43,874 nucleotides of DNA. It comes from Malacoraja senta (taxonomy: Eukaryota). The notes under the pieces are model-generated. The model saw only the letters and a list, made by a program, of their open reading frames with translations. It ran no database searches and was not told the DNA's origin. Every line of letters starts with the position of its first letter. The first letter of the stretch is position 1. This document shows positions 11,836-24,362 of the stretch, one piece after another. The stretch lies in the NCBI GenBank assembly GCA_038087875.1, contig JAXLNO010000037.1, positions 1-43,874 of the forward strand, read 5' to 3'. The translations under genes were made by a program, and so were the position numbers.

Positions 11836-12174
11836 GTGTTTAAGAAGGAACTGCAGATGCTGGAAAATCGAAGGTAGACAAAAGTACTGGCGAAACTCAG
11901 CGGGTGCAGCAGCATCTATGGAGCGAAGGAAATAGGCAACGTTTCGGGCCGAAACCCTTCTTCAGATTGATGTGAGGTGGGGGGGAGGAGAAGAAAGGAG
12001 AAAGGAAGAGGAGGAGTCAGAGGGCTGAGGGAGAGCTGAGAAGGGGAGGAGACAGCAAGGGCTACCGGAAGTTGGAGAAGTCAATGTTTATGCCGCTAGG
12101 GTGCAAACTGCCCAAGCGGAATATGAGGTGCTGCTCCTCCAATTTCCAGTGGCGCTCACTCTGGCCATGGAGGG
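11836..12174 (-). mobile_element. 5'-truncated Penelope-like element with 10-bp TSD
   Basis: Endonuclease C-terminus QSERHWKLEEQHLIFRLGSLHPSGINIDFSNFR*, pLTR with hammerhead-like motif 11935-11968, flanked by TCGAGGGAGA at 11826-11835 and 12175-12184. Confidence 0.85.
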
Positions 12175-13216
12175 TCGAGGGAGAAATGGGTGCGCACTGT
12201 TGGTTGGGGGGTGGTGGAATGTGAGAGTGGGTGGGCAGGCGAGTGGGGTTACTTACATATATGTTGCTTCCATACAAAGTTACTGAATTAGAGGACCCCA
12301 CTAAGGCAAATATATAGAAAGAAGTTTTACTCTCTGAATTTGCTAATGAGATGTACTTTTGAAAATTCTACACTGCAGAAAGATATTGTGAAAAACTCAA
12401 TGAACCTACAAAGTAGTAACTATCAAAAAACAGATAAGATTATATATGGCAGGCTAGAAATACACCAGTGTGTTGTCTCTATTAGTGCCAGGGAAACTAA
12501 TGTTTAATTTTGAGATAAGACAAAAGAAACATGTACAGACCTGTTGAAATGGGCCGCATGTTAACATTATTCCTTTAAAGTAATTGCATGGTCAACAAAG
12601 GTTAACATTTGCTTTTAATACAATATACACCTCCTTCCTGATGCCAATTAGTGAATTTAAAGAACAGAACATTACTGTTAATATTTGCACTACTCGAACG
12701 GTTAACAGTATCTTTGCACTGTAACCCTAGCAAGTGGACAGATCAGGTAGTAGATAAACGTCAAATGGAATTAAAGGGAAAGTAAGGTTACTCAAGTTGT
12801 GATGGGGAAGTGAGGCAAGACAAAACAAAACAAAAAAATATATGGTGTGATATTGGGAAGAGTGCCAGAGCAAAATATTTTAAAGTGCGTGCCCACAGAT
12901 CCTTGAAGGTTGGAGTATAGGCAAAAAGGTAGTCCAAGGGGTTAACAGGGTCATAGAGTCATTGCACAGAAACTGATCATTTGGCCCACTGAGTCCATGA
13001 AACACACTAATCCCATTTTATTATGATCACATTTTCACCAATTCCATCTAGATTTCACCGCTTACCTCCAAATTAGTTACAATTTATTGCAGCCAATTAT
13101 TCTACCAAGTTGCAGCTTTTTGGGATGTGAGATGGTTTACTTTAGTTTATTGTCACGTGTACCAAGGTACAGTGAAAAGCTTTTGTTAACTGGAGCACTT
13201 GTAAGAAGCCCATGTA

Positions 13217-14839
13217 CAGTGGCTTGCAAAAGTATTCATACCCCTTGAACTTTTCCACATTTTGTCACGTTACAACCACAAACGTAAATGTATTTTATTG
13301 GGATTTTATGTGATAGACCAACACAAAGTGGCGCATAATTGTGAAGTGGAAGGAAAATGATACATGGTTTTCAAATTTTTTTACAAATAAAAAACTGAAA
13401 AGTGTCACGTGCAAAAGTATTCAGCCCCCTTTACTCTGATACCCCTAAATAAAATCCAGTGCAACCAATTGCCTTCAGAAGTCACCTAATTAGTAAATAG
13501 AGTCCACTTGTGTGTAATCTAATCTCAGTATAAATACAGCTGTTCTGTGAAGGCCTCAGAGTTTTGTTAGAGAACATTAGTGAACAAACAGCATCATGAA
13601 GCCCAAGGAACACACCAGACAGGTCAGGGATAAAGTTGTGGAGAAGTTTAAAGCAGGGTTAGGTTATAAACAAATATCCCAAGCTTTGAACATCTCACGG
13701 AGGACTGTTCAATCCATCATCCGAAAATGGAAAGAGTATGGCACAACTGCAAACCTACCAAGACATGGCCGTCCACCTAAACTGACAGGCCGGGCAAGGA
13801 AAGCATTGATCAGAGAAGCAGCCAAGAGGCCCATTGTAACTGGAGGAGCTGCAGAGATCCACAGCTCAGGTGGGAGAATCTGTCCACAGGACAACTATTA
13901 GTTGTGCACTCCACAAATCGGGCCTTTATGGAAGAGTGGCAAGAAGAAAGCCATTGTTGAAAAAAAGCCATAAGAAGTCCCGTTTGCAGTTTGCAGTTTG
14001 CCACAAGCCATGTGGGGGACACAGCAAACATGTGGAGGAAGGTGTTCTGGTCAGATGAGACCAAAATTGAAGTTTTGGGCCTAAATGCAAAACGCTATGT
14101 GTGGCGGAAACCTAACACTGCACATCACCCTGAACACACCATCCCCACTGTGAAACATGGTGGTGGCAGCATCATGCTGTGGGGATGCTTTTCTTCAGCA
14201 GGGACAGGGAAGCTGGCCAGAGTTGATGGGAAGATGGATGGAGCCAAATACAGGGCAATCTTGGAAGAAAACCTGTTAGAGTCTGCAAAAGACTTGAGAC
14301 TGGGGCGGAGGTTCACCTTCCAGCAGGACAACGACCCTAAACATACAGCCAGAGCTACAATGGAATGGTTTAGATCAAAGCATATTCATGTGTTAGAATG
14401 GCCCAGTCAAAGTCCAGACCTAAATCCAATTGAGAATCTCTGGCAAGACTTGAAAATTGCTGTTCACAGACGCTCTCCATCCAATCTGACTGAGCTTGAG
14501 CTATTTTGCAAAGAAGAATGGGCAAAAATTTCAGTCTCTAGATGTGCAAAGCTGGTAGAGACATACCCCCAAAAGACTTGCAGCTGTAATTGCAGCGAAA
14601 GGTGGTTCTACAAAGTATTGACTCGGGGGGGCTGAATAATTTTGCACGCGACACTTTTCAGTTTTTTATTTGTAAAAAAATTTGAAAACCATGTATCATT
14701 TTCCTTCCACTTCACAATTATGCACCACTTTGTGTTGGTCTATCACATAAAATCCCAATAAAATACATTTACGTTTGTGGTTGTAACGTGACAAAATGTG
14801 GAAAAGTTCAAGGGGTATGAAAACGTTTGCAAGCCACTG
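13217..14839 (+). mobile_element. Tc1/mariner DNA transposon, IR/DR type, Passport-like
   Basis: About 213-bp TIRs starting CAGTGGCTTGCAAA (13217-13429, 14627-14839), TA duplicated at 13215-13216 and 14840-14841, inner direct repeat GCAAAAGTATTCA. Confidence 0.97.
13596..14621 (+). pseudogene. Tc1 DD34E transposase with three frameshifts
   Basis: GRPPKL, WSDETK, FQQDNDPKH, SPDLNPIENLW, C-terminal GGSTKY*; frameshifts near 13840, 13990 (TTTGCAG duplication) and 14570. Confidence 0.95.
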
Positions 14840-15239
14840 TAGGTACAAAGGGAATGTGCAAACTCCACATGGACAGCACCGGATTTCAAGATTGAACCTG
14901 GGCTGCTGGAACTGTGAGGTAGCTCCTAGCTAGATCATCTGCACCACTCTACTGGCCATCACTCCTTACCTATTCCAAATGCCTTATTTTATTCTCCCAA
15001 TGGTGAAGAATAGAGTATGAGAGCAGGGAGTTCATGGTGAGGGTGCATTGAACATTGGTTAGGCCAGAGCTAGAATTCTGGTTACCACCTTACAGAAAGG
15101 ATGCAGTACCAGGAATATTAATGCAAAAAGTTGCAGATGCTGGGAGTGTGAACAAAAATGGAATATGCTGGAAAAACTCAGGAGGAGGGATTTTTTGGAG
15201 AGGGAGAAACAGACTTAATGCCTCAAGTTTGTTATAAGG

Positions 15240-15452
15240 GATAGGATTCGAATTAGGCCTTTTGGCCCAAGTCTACTCTGCCATTCAATCATGGCTGATC
15301 TATCTCCACCTCCTAACCCCATTCTCCTGCCTTCTCCCCATGACCTCTGACACCTCTACTAATCAAGAATCTATCTATTTCTGCCTTAAAAATATCCACT
15401 GACAGCCTCCACAGTCTTCTGTGGCAAAGAATTCCACAGATTCACCACCCTC
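15240..15452 (-). mobile_element. CR1 LINE 3' end fragment
   Basis: Matches reverse of VVNLWNSLPQK...3'UTR seen at 18317-18988. Confidence 0.75.
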
Positions 15453-16341
15453 ATGTCAAATTGCAAATAAGCTGATGGTGGAGAGAATAAAGGGAATGTC
15501 TGTGATCAAGTGGAGATGGCAGAAATGATCAAAGTTTAATAAAGCACAGTATTATTCAAATGGCAGAGAGATGACATTTGCTATGGCTCTCTGGCATAAG
15601 ATGTCTTCTAATAGAGCAGCTGCCTTTGAACACTTCTGGATAATATTCTTCATTATAAAAAATTTCCATCAGAAATGTAAGTCAGATTTTGCACTTCCAG
15701 ATGATGTGTGATATGCTGGGCATTTCTGACAATATTATTTCTAGTTCATTTTGTAGACATTTTCTTTTTTTTCATGAAGTTAACTGGATTCCACTTCCTA
15801 CATTCCCGATTTTTTTTTTTTAATTTGCTGAATCTAATTTAGAAAACAGGGAATATCAAGATTTGTTTACATTTACAAACAGGTGAAAATGCTTTATTCC
15901 AACTCTTTGTTATTGTTATGTCACATCAAGATGGTGAGATCATCAGTATAAGCCTTAGCAAGCCATCTCAAAGAGTGCACCTTGAAGAATGTACTTATGA
16001 GTAACTTTTCTGGTTGCAACTCATGCTTCTCTCAAGCATAATTCCTTATTGGATGGGTGGCACAATGAACAAGGCACAGGTGGCTTTTAAATGTGAGAAT
16101 GAAAATCAATTGATTGATCTGTAGTTTCATGGAAGTGAAACCTTTATTGTTTAGGGACTGATATTTGCTCTTTGGTTATCCAAATACCAACATTTGCAAT
16201 CAATTCAAAGTGTCAATATGTAATACTGAACAATAGATGTTAACATTATTAGATTTGGATTGTTTATTTGTAATGGATTGGCCACAGATCCAGTATTTGA
16301 TTTGATGTTTAATTGTCTCGTTAATCTCATTTTAACCATAA

Positions 16342-17011
16342 AGGGCCTGTCCCACTTACGTGTCCTTGGCCTGCAAATTACGCGACGGTCCCGCGAAGGT
16401 CGCGCGCGATTTCATGCGTACGCACAGCCGTCTGGAGCGCGTGACGTTATTTGAAGATGGACACAAAGCTGGAGTAACTCAGCGGGACCGGCAGCATCTC
16501 TGGAGAGAAGGAATGGGTGACGTTTCGTGTCAAGACTCTTATTCAGTCTGACAAGAAGGGTCTTGACCCGAAACGTCACCCATTGCTTCTCTCCAGAGAT
16601 GCTGCCGGTCCCGCTGAGTTACTCCTGCATTTGTGTCTATCTTCAATTTTTTTGGCCCCGCTCTGGGAGTAGAAGTGGGGGCGGATCCGGACCGCAACGG
16701 CCGTGAGCCCCAGGCCGAGTTCGGCAATTGTTTGCCTGCTTCTGCTGTTGTTGGAGGTGAAACGTTGCGTCGCGCCAGGGTCTTGGGCCTGTCCCACTTT
16801 GGCCGTCAGTTACGCAACAGGCCGTTGGTGCGCAAAAATTTTGTTCACTACTAATATTTCGGAGCCCCGCGCGATGTCGCTCACAACTACATACCCCTCC
16901 GCGCTTCTCAGTGGGACCGGCCCCGGGCGGCCATACAATGCCCCTGCGCCTCAATGCGACCACGAGGTCGCGTAATTTGCGTGCCAAGGACCTGTAAGTG
17001 GGACAGGCCCT
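16342..17011. mobile_element. PIF/Harbinger-type MITE, composite
   Basis: TIR AGGGCCTGTCCCACTTAC / GTAAGTGGGACAGGCCCT, TAA on both flanks, CpG-rich interior, no coding capacity. Confidence 0.88.
16451..16646. repeat. Palindromic pair of Penelope-like pLTR fragments inside the MITE
   Basis: About 90-bp inverted arms TTGAAGATGGACACAAA... / ...TTTGTGTCTATCTTCAA meeting at the hammerhead-like motifs. Confidence 0.85.
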
Positions 17012-17279
17012 TAAGGCTTGAAGTGATACAGTGACTTGCTCAGTGGCACAGCGGTTAGTTCTGCTGCTGCACAGCTCCAGCGACTCAGGTTCAATTCTGA
17101 CTTCAGACGTTGGTGGTGTTGGTCATATTGATTCTCTTCATGAAGTTTCAATCAATGTGCTCCCTTTGTTTCCCACATTCCACAGACCTGCTGGTTTGGA
17201 AGACTAATTTGCTATTGTGATTTATGTCTGGTGTAGGCGAGAGGAAAGAGAATCGGGGGGAAGAGTTGGCTGTGTGAAA

Positions 17280-17522
17280 GGCAGCACAGTGGTGCAGCAA
17301 TAGAGCTGCTCCCTTACAGTGCCTGAGACTCGGGTTCGATCCTGACCGGGTGCTATCTGCATGCAGTTTGTACGTTCTCCCCATGACCTGCGTGGGTTTT
17401 CTCCGGGAGCTCCGGTTTCCTCCCACACTCCTAAGATGTACAGGTTTTTAGGTTAATCGGCATGGTATAATTGTAAATTGTCCCTAGTGTGTGTAGGATA
17501 GTGTAAGTGTGCGGTGGGCCGA
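17280..17522 (+). mobile_element. tRNA-derived SINE (HE1/V-SINE type)
   Basis: A box-like TGGTGCAGCAATAG, B box GGTTCGATCC, conserved core. Confidence 0.85.
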
Positions 17523-17571
17523 AAGTAACATAGCTGGCTTTTGAGTTTTTGAGATTCATACTTTTTTGAGC

Positions 17572-17908
17572 CATATAGTGTGGAGACAGGCCCTTTGGCC
17601 CAACTTGCCCATGCCAACCAATATGCCCCATCTACACTAGTACCACCTGCCTGCATTTGGCTCATGTCCTTCTAAACCTGTCCTATCCAAGGACCTGTCC
17701 AAATATCATTTAAGCATTGTGATAGTACCTGCCTCAATGACCTCCTTTGGCAGCTTACTCTAAGTACCTGCCACCAGTTATGTAAAAGAAGTCTGGTAAC
17801 ATCCTCGTAAATTGTCTCTGCATCCTTTTCAGCTTAACATATTTCCTATAACAGGGTAACCAAATCTGAACACAATACTCTAAATGTGGCCTCACCAATG
17901 TCTTGTAG
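17572..17908 (-). mobile_element. CR1 LINE 3' fragments
   Basis: CR1-type tail and reverse of LVRPHLEYCVQ motif near 17865-17905. Confidence 0.65.
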
Positions 17909-18316
17909 AACTAGTTGCTCATACCCATTAAATATCTCATTATTTATATATATTTTTTAATGATGGAAGGCCGGTAGGTTTAGACATGCACTGTTTCTGC
18001 AGCTTTGCCCATTTACACTAATCCTGTTCCCCCCCTGCAGGGACGTATCCTTCTAAACCTTGCCTATGTACTGTAAGTGTTTGCCTTGTAGATCCGGTAA
18101 CTCTGCATGAGTTCATGACTTCCTCTGGAAGCATGTTCCCGATATCAACTATTCTCTATGCAAAAACCTCAACCCTCAGTTTTCCATAAACACTGTCACC
18201 TTACCTTATACCTATGTCCTCTTGTTTGTGACAGTATTGGGAAATTGCTGGTGGTTTTACATCATTGAGAGCAATAATATTACTTTGTGGTAAAAATGGA
18301 AGAAACTCTTTAGACT

Positions 18317-18988
18317 TAGAAACATAGAAATATAGAAACATAGAATGTAGGTGCAGGAGTAGGTCATTCGGCCCTTCGAGCCAGCGCCGCCATTCAATAT
18401 GGTCATGGCTAATCATCCAAAATCAATACTCTGTTCCTGCTTTTCCTCCATATCCCTTGATTCAATTAGCTCAAAGAGTTATATCTAACTCTCCCTTGAA
18501 TACATCCAGTGAATTGGCCTCCACTGCCTTCTGTGGCAGAGAATTCCACAGATTCACAACTCTCTGGTTGAAAAAGTGTTTTCTCATTTCAGTCCTAAAT
18601 GGCCTACCCCTTATTCTTAAACTGTGACCCCTGGTTCGGGACTCATCCAACATCGGGAACATTTTTCCTGCATTTAGCCTGTCCAATCCCTTAAGAATTT
18701 TATATGTTTCTATAAGGTTTCCTCTCATCCTTCTAAATTCCAGTGAATATAAGCCCAGTCGATCGATTGTTACATCATATGTTAGTCCCGCCATCCCAGG
18801 AATTAACCTGGTGAACCTACGCTGCACTCCCTCAATAGCAAAAATGTCCTTCCTCAAACTAGGAGAACAAAACTGCACACAATACTCAAGGTGCAGTCTC
18901 TCCAGGGGCCTGTACAACTGCAGTAGGACCTCCGTGCTCTTATACTCAAATCCCCTCGCTATGAAGACCAACATGCCATTTGCTTTCT
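18317..18988 (-). mobile_element. 5'-truncated CR1 LINE (ORF2 C-terminus, 3'UTR, octamer-repeat tail)
   Basis: LLQLYRPLERLHLEYCVQF...GVQRRFTRLIPGM...TRGHSLRI...RVVNLWNSLP; (AGAAACAT)n tail. Confidence 0.93.
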
Positions 18989-18994
18989 TTAGGC

Positions 18995-19286
18995 TTTAGA
19001 GATACAGCGTGGAAACAAGCCTCTTCACCCAACGAGTCCGTGCCGCCCAGCAATCACCCCGTACACTAACATGATCCGACTCACTAGGGACAGTTTACAA
19101 TTTTGTTACCAAAGCCAATTAACCTACAAAGTTGTACATCTTTGCAATATGGATGGAAACCAAAGCTCCCAGAGAAACCCATGTAGTCACGGGGAGAACA
19201 TATATACTCTATACAGATAACACCTGTAGTCAGGATCTCTGGCACTGTAAAGCAACAACTCTAATGCTGCCCCACTGTGCCGCCCC
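18995..19286 (-). mobile_element. tRNA-derived SINE (HE1/V-SINE type)
   Basis: Reverse complement of the SINE at 24058-24362. Confidence 0.85.
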
Positions 19287-19866
19287 TTAAATAGCTAAAT
19301 AAAATGTTAGGACTATGTCTGCGCCTGAATGGGCCAGATCAGCAATCATCAGAAAGCCAGGACAGTCATTTCTGCCTCTGGTTTCAACACCAGTTGAAAA
19401 CAATAAAAGGAAAAGTGAATGAGTAATGAGGCAGAAATATTATTTATTCATGGCAATGCTATATCTGTGACACCTCCTTTCAAGAATGTCATGAATTAAT
19501 AAACTCCAAAATTAACTATAAAAAAACATCTTATGAAAGCAGGAGCAGCAACAATTTTCAATCTGATCATCCGTAAATGTTCCTCATTGATATAAAACTG
19601 CTTGAACAGTGAGGGTAGTATTTAATGATCTGCTAATGAGCGGGGTCATTGACGTGAAACATTAAACGAATTTTCTCTCTCCACAGATGCTGCCCGATCT
19701 TCTGAGTATCCACAGGACTCTGTTTTATTTCAGATTTCCAGCATCAAACTTGTTTTCACTTTTCATCTACCATTCCTCAATAGCAAGGCATCATAATGAA
19801 GTAAAGTAGACCTACATCCTTATTTTAGAAAAATAATCAATAACTGATTCTGCAGATGAGGTGACT

Positions 19867-20110
19867 GGGGTGGTGAATCTGTGGAATTCATTGCAACAGA
19901 ACTACAGAAGGCTGTGGAGGCCAAGTCAATGGATATTTATAAGGCAGAGATTGATAGATTCTTGATTAGTATGGGTGTCAGGGGTTATGGGGAGAAGGCA
20001 GGAGAATGGGGTTAAGAGGGGAAGATAGATCAGCCATGATTGAATGGCAGAGTAGACATGATGGGCCGAAAGGCCTAATTCTGCTCCTAGAACTTAGGAA
20101 CTTATGAACA
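19867..20110 (+). mobile_element. CR1 LINE 3' end fragment
   Basis: GGTGGTGAATCTGTGGAATTCATTG...GGGCCGAAAGGCCTAATTCTGCTCCTA. Confidence 0.8.
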
Positions 20111-20312
20111 TTAATTAAATGTCTGGTTGTAGCTGCATTGACATTCCTCTTCTCATCAAAACAACCATGCAATGTAGTGTCCCCACCCTGTGTATCTCCA
20201 TTGCCCTTTCTGGGTCCCAGGTTTACCAAAGGTCTCACTCAACAAGAGTTCTCTGCTACCCACTGGTTCCAATTTGGATCCTGGTGGATTCTGGATCACT
20301 ACCAACAAAGGA

Positions 20313-20500
20313 TGGCACAGTGCTAGTAGAGCTGCTGCCTCGCAGCCCAGAGACCCGGATTCAATCCTATGCTCTGTGTGAAGTTTACACATTCTTCCTG
20401 TGATTGCATGGGTTTCTTCTGGGTGCTCTGGTTTCCTCCCCTATCCCAAAGATGTGCAGGTTTGTAGGTTAATTGGCCTCTGTAAATTGCCCAAGGTGTG
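20313..20500 (+). mobile_element. tRNA-derived SINE, 3'-truncated
   Basis: Head and core match other copies. Confidence 0.75.
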
Positions 20501-20664
20501 AAGGGGCACTAGCCTTATAAAGATGTGATGGTTAAACATGTCACACTACAGGGCACCTCCTGTCTTCAGGGCAAACCTTATTTCCTTTCTAAAATGAGAA
20601 CTTTTCTATTCACATAACAACCATATGATATGTCCACACCAAACATTATTAATCTGATTCATAA

Positions 20665-21260
20665 TTTATCGTGACCGTTTTGATGAACACTTGCACTCAG
20701 TTCACCACTGCCTGTTGCTAACCATTTTAACTTCCCTTCCTGTTCCCATCCAGACCTGTCTGTCCATGGTCTCCTCACCAGAGTGAGGCCACAAACAAAG
20801 TAGAACCTTAGCACCTCATATTTCATTTGGGTAGCTTACAACCCAATGACATAAGCATTGAATTCTCCAGTTTCAAGTAATACAACCTCCTACCTCCTAG
20901 CTCTTTCTCCTGCATCTCAACCCAGTGTGCACATTATCTCTCCCACCAGCTCCCACAACCCCAATCACCCTGCTCCTCCCACATCCTCCTGCACACACCT
21001 CTCCCATCCCCTCATCCCATTTATCCCCTCTTTCGCCATTCTCTGTAACCTTTCATTGATAACTCTCTGACTTTATATTTAACTTCAATTCTTTCCACAA
21101 CTGAGGCCATTTTGTCTCATTTTTACCTCTAGCCTTTGTCACTATTCTCCCCCTGTATCCACCTGTCATTTGCCAGGCTTTGACCCACCCTCACCTCTTT
21201 TTCCAGCTTTTTCCTCCCTCCATCATCAGTCTGAAGAAGGGTCCAACTCAAAAAGTGGTC
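20665..21260 (+). mobile_element. Old Penelope-like element 3' end (degenerate GIY-YIG C-terminus and pLTR)
   Basis: CCTGTTGCTAACCATTTTAAC, CACCTCATATTTCATTTGGGTAGCTTACAACCC, then CAGTCTGAAGAAGGGTC. Confidence 0.75.
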
Positions 21261-21529
21261 TGTAGGATCTACTGAATCCCACGACAGAAAGCAAAGAACA
21301 AACAACACTTACGTAGCTGAGCTAGATACCTTGTGTCACGTTTATCCAAGAAGCCCCTTTTACCTACATTATCACCAATCATAACCCGTGTGTAGATGAG
21401 GCCAATTAGTGCGCCTGATCTTGGAGTTGTTATTGAGCTCTTGCGGCTGGACCTTCTCGTGAGGCTGCTGGCGAGTCACCAGCGGTGACAGGCTGTATGT
21501 AAAACCAACATGGGCGTGAAGGCGCTACA
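21261..21529. mobile_element. Probable solo LTR
   Basis: 269-bp insert with TGTAG...CTACA termini interrupting a pLTR that resumes afterwards; TSD not clean. Confidence 0.5.
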
Positions 21530-21569
21530 AGCCTGTCCATTCTCTCCACTTAGCACATCTGTCCAGCTG

Positions 21570-22890
21570 GCTGTCAAGTACCTATCTACGTTAATTCCAT
21601 TTCCCAGTACTCAGTGTATAGCATTTCTAGTGTTCATCTAAATACATCTTAGATAATATTTCTAAGCCAATTTGTACACACTATTCTTTCCCAAATCTCC
21701 TCTGAATCTCCAAACTTTTAAATTAATCCCGTACCCTCTGATTATGAGCACTTCTGCTGTGGGGTAAAGTTTTCACCGTCTACCCTATCTGTGCTTCTCA
21801 CAATGTTGCGTACCTCACTCAGCTTCATCTCCAGCCTCCTTTGCTTCATGGTAAATAAATCCTGTCTATCCTAACTGAAACATATATCCCAGGTCAAATC
21901 CTTGTGAATCTACACTGCACCATTTCTGGTGCAATCACATCTTTTTGGAACATGGTGACCAGAAGTGCACTAAGTGCTGTGGCCGTATGAATGTTTTACT
22001 TAGTTGTTACATAACTTTCTGGACTTAAAGTCCGAGCCTCATTTAATGAAGGCAAGTATCCCAGGTGACTTTTTAATTATCTTATTTACCAGTGTTGCTG
22101 TCTTCATGGATTCTTGGACATGTAAACCAAGGTCCTGCTCCTCAGTATGTTTGGGGTCCTACCATTTATTGTAGATATCCTAGTCTTATTAGTCTTCTCA
22201 AAACGCAACAACTCACATTTTTGCTGTATTAAATTCCACCTGCCATTGCTGAGTCCTCACTAACTTATTTTATCATATGTAGTTGAAGACTCTCCTCACG
22301 AATAATATCACCAATTTTTATCTTTCAGTTATACTAATCATGTCCCCTATATTCACACATCCAGATCAGTAATGTATTGAATAAATAGTAAGGTTCCTTG
22401 TGCCAATCCCTTTATACACCACCAGTGACAAGTTTCCATTTGTAAATGCAGCTCTCGATCATTAACCTCCACCTCCTATCACCAAGACAATTTTCTTTCC
22501 AATTTGTCAAATTGGCATGTTTCCCATGGGCTCTTACCTTTCGGACCAGCTCCTCAAGTGGGACTTTGTCAAAGTTCCTACTAAACTCTATGTAGGCTTC
22601 ATTAACTGAGCTACTCTAATTGACACACTTAGAAGTCTCTTTGAAAAATCAATGAAATTAGTCAAACAAAATCTCCCCTTTAAGAAAATGCTACATTTAC
22701 TATCCTTGATTAATCACAGAGTCCCCAGTGCAAATTAATTCCATCCTTCAGAAAATGTTCCAATAATTTCCCTACTCCTGAAGTTGGACTCACTGACCCA
22801 TTATTATCTTGTTTATTCTTGCTGCCCCTCTTGAATAACGGTACCACATTAATGTCCTCTAGTCAGCTGGCATCTCACCTGTGGCCAGAG
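21570..22890 (-). mobile_element. Ancient CR1 LINE remnant
   Basis: Scattered reverse-strand matches to CR1 ORF2 (GTGACCAGAAGTGCAC, ACTTTGTCAAAG, AATCTCCCCTTTAAGAAAATGC). Confidence 0.55.
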
Positions 22891-23104
22891 GAGATATGTG
22901 TAGGAATGAACTGCAGATGCTGGTTGAAACCAAAGATAGACACAAAATGCTGGAGTAAATCAGTGGGACAGGCAGCATCTCTGGATAGAAGGAATGGTTG
23001 ACGTTTCGGGTTGTGATTCTTCTTCAGACTTCTTTGCCAGAGGAGATGTAAAATCTCTATTTGAACTCCAGTAATATCTCATCAGTTCCTTCAAATCCAT
23101 CCAC

Positions 23105-23318
23105 GGGGTTTGTATGTTCTCCCCGTGACCGCGTGGGTTTTCTCTGGGTGCTCCGGTCACCTCCCATATTCCAAAGACATGCAGGCTTGTAGGTTAATGG
23201 GCTTCTGCAAATTGTCCCTAGTGTTAGTGCTAGTGTACGGGGTGATCGCTGGTCAGCCAGACTTAGTGAGCCAAAGGGCCTGTTTCCGCGCTGTATCTCT
23301 AAACTAAACTAAACTAAA
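23105..23318 (+). mobile_element. SINE, 5'-truncated, (TAAAC)n tail
   Basis: Core and tail match other copies. Confidence 0.85.
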
Positions 23319-24057
23319 CAAAATTTCCCTCTTTAAACCCACTAAAACATCTAATACATCGTAATTTTTAGTGTTAATTTGTTCTAGAATTTCACCATCC
23401 TGCCCTCCCTAAATTCTCCAACTGTAATATCCATCTCCATAGTGAATGCAGATGTGAATCATTAACTCAAGATCTCACACTATCCCTACTAGGTAACACA
23501 ACAATTCTAAATTTGGCCTCTCTATCTGGGGAATTTTAACACCGAGACAGCATCCAGTTCCATGGCCCAAGGTCTCATTTGCAAACAGGCAGTGCCTGCA
23601 GATACTGTATATTTATATTTGACTTTGCCAAAGCAAGATTACTTTGGGCGGCATATGTGATGGATCTTGTTAAAAGTACACTAATAAATTTGACTGGGTA
23701 AAGGAGGTACGACCTTTGATCCATTCATTAGGATTACTGGTGTTTTTAAATCGGATCTCCAACCTTTACTGCGGTATACTAGCTCATCAATACCTAATAG
23801 GTTTCAGGAGTAGGTAAATTGAAAGGTTTGCAAGTACAAACATAAACATACCTCACAGGGTGACCTCGATGCTCATGTCTTCACAGGTAACTTGTAATCC
23901 ATCTCTCTTCCTATTACAGTAGTTACTCTCAAGTGAGTGACAGAAGATTAGCTGTGGATTGAGATGACCAGGACCACTGTGAATCTAGAGGAACAGTGCT
24001 TCTGTTCTACCATTTAATAAACGGACATGTAATCGTTTCAAGAGATTAGCACATGTG

Positions 24058-24362
24058 GGTGGCACAGCGGTAGAGTTGCTGCCCTACAGCACTTGCAGTG
24101 CCAGAGACCCGTGTTCGATCCCGACTATGGATGCTGTCTGTACAGAGTTTGTACGTTCTCCCCGTGACCGTGTGGTGTTTCTCCGAGATCTTCGGTTTCC
24201 TTTCCTCCAAAGACGTACAGGTATCTAGGTAAATTGGCTTGGTATAAGTGTAAATTGTCCCTAGTGCGTGTAGGATAGTGTTAATGTGCAGGGATCGGCG
24301 AGGACTCGATGGGCCGAAGGGTCTGTTTCTGCACTGTATTTCTAAACTAAAACTAAACTAAA
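24058..24362 (+). mobile_element. tRNA-derived SINE (HE1/V-SINE type)
   Basis: B box GTTCGATCC, core, CR1-like tail with TAAAC repeats. Confidence 0.88.

Larger units (their letters stand above)
12950..14950 (-). mobile_element. Degenerate tRNA-derived SINE split by a short LINE tail (about 13135-13186) and the Tc1 element
   Basis: SINE sequence continues across the TA insertion site (...CCCATGTA / TAGGTACAAAGGGAATGTGCAAACTCCAC...). Confidence 0.65.

Noticed and set aside
15883..15933. Possible small exon (ACAG|GTG...ATG|GTGAGA)
   Set aside because: Weak pyrimidine tract and no recognisable peptide
17280..17350. tRNA gene
   Set aside because: A/B boxes belong to SINE heads followed by SINE core and tail; no full cloverleaf
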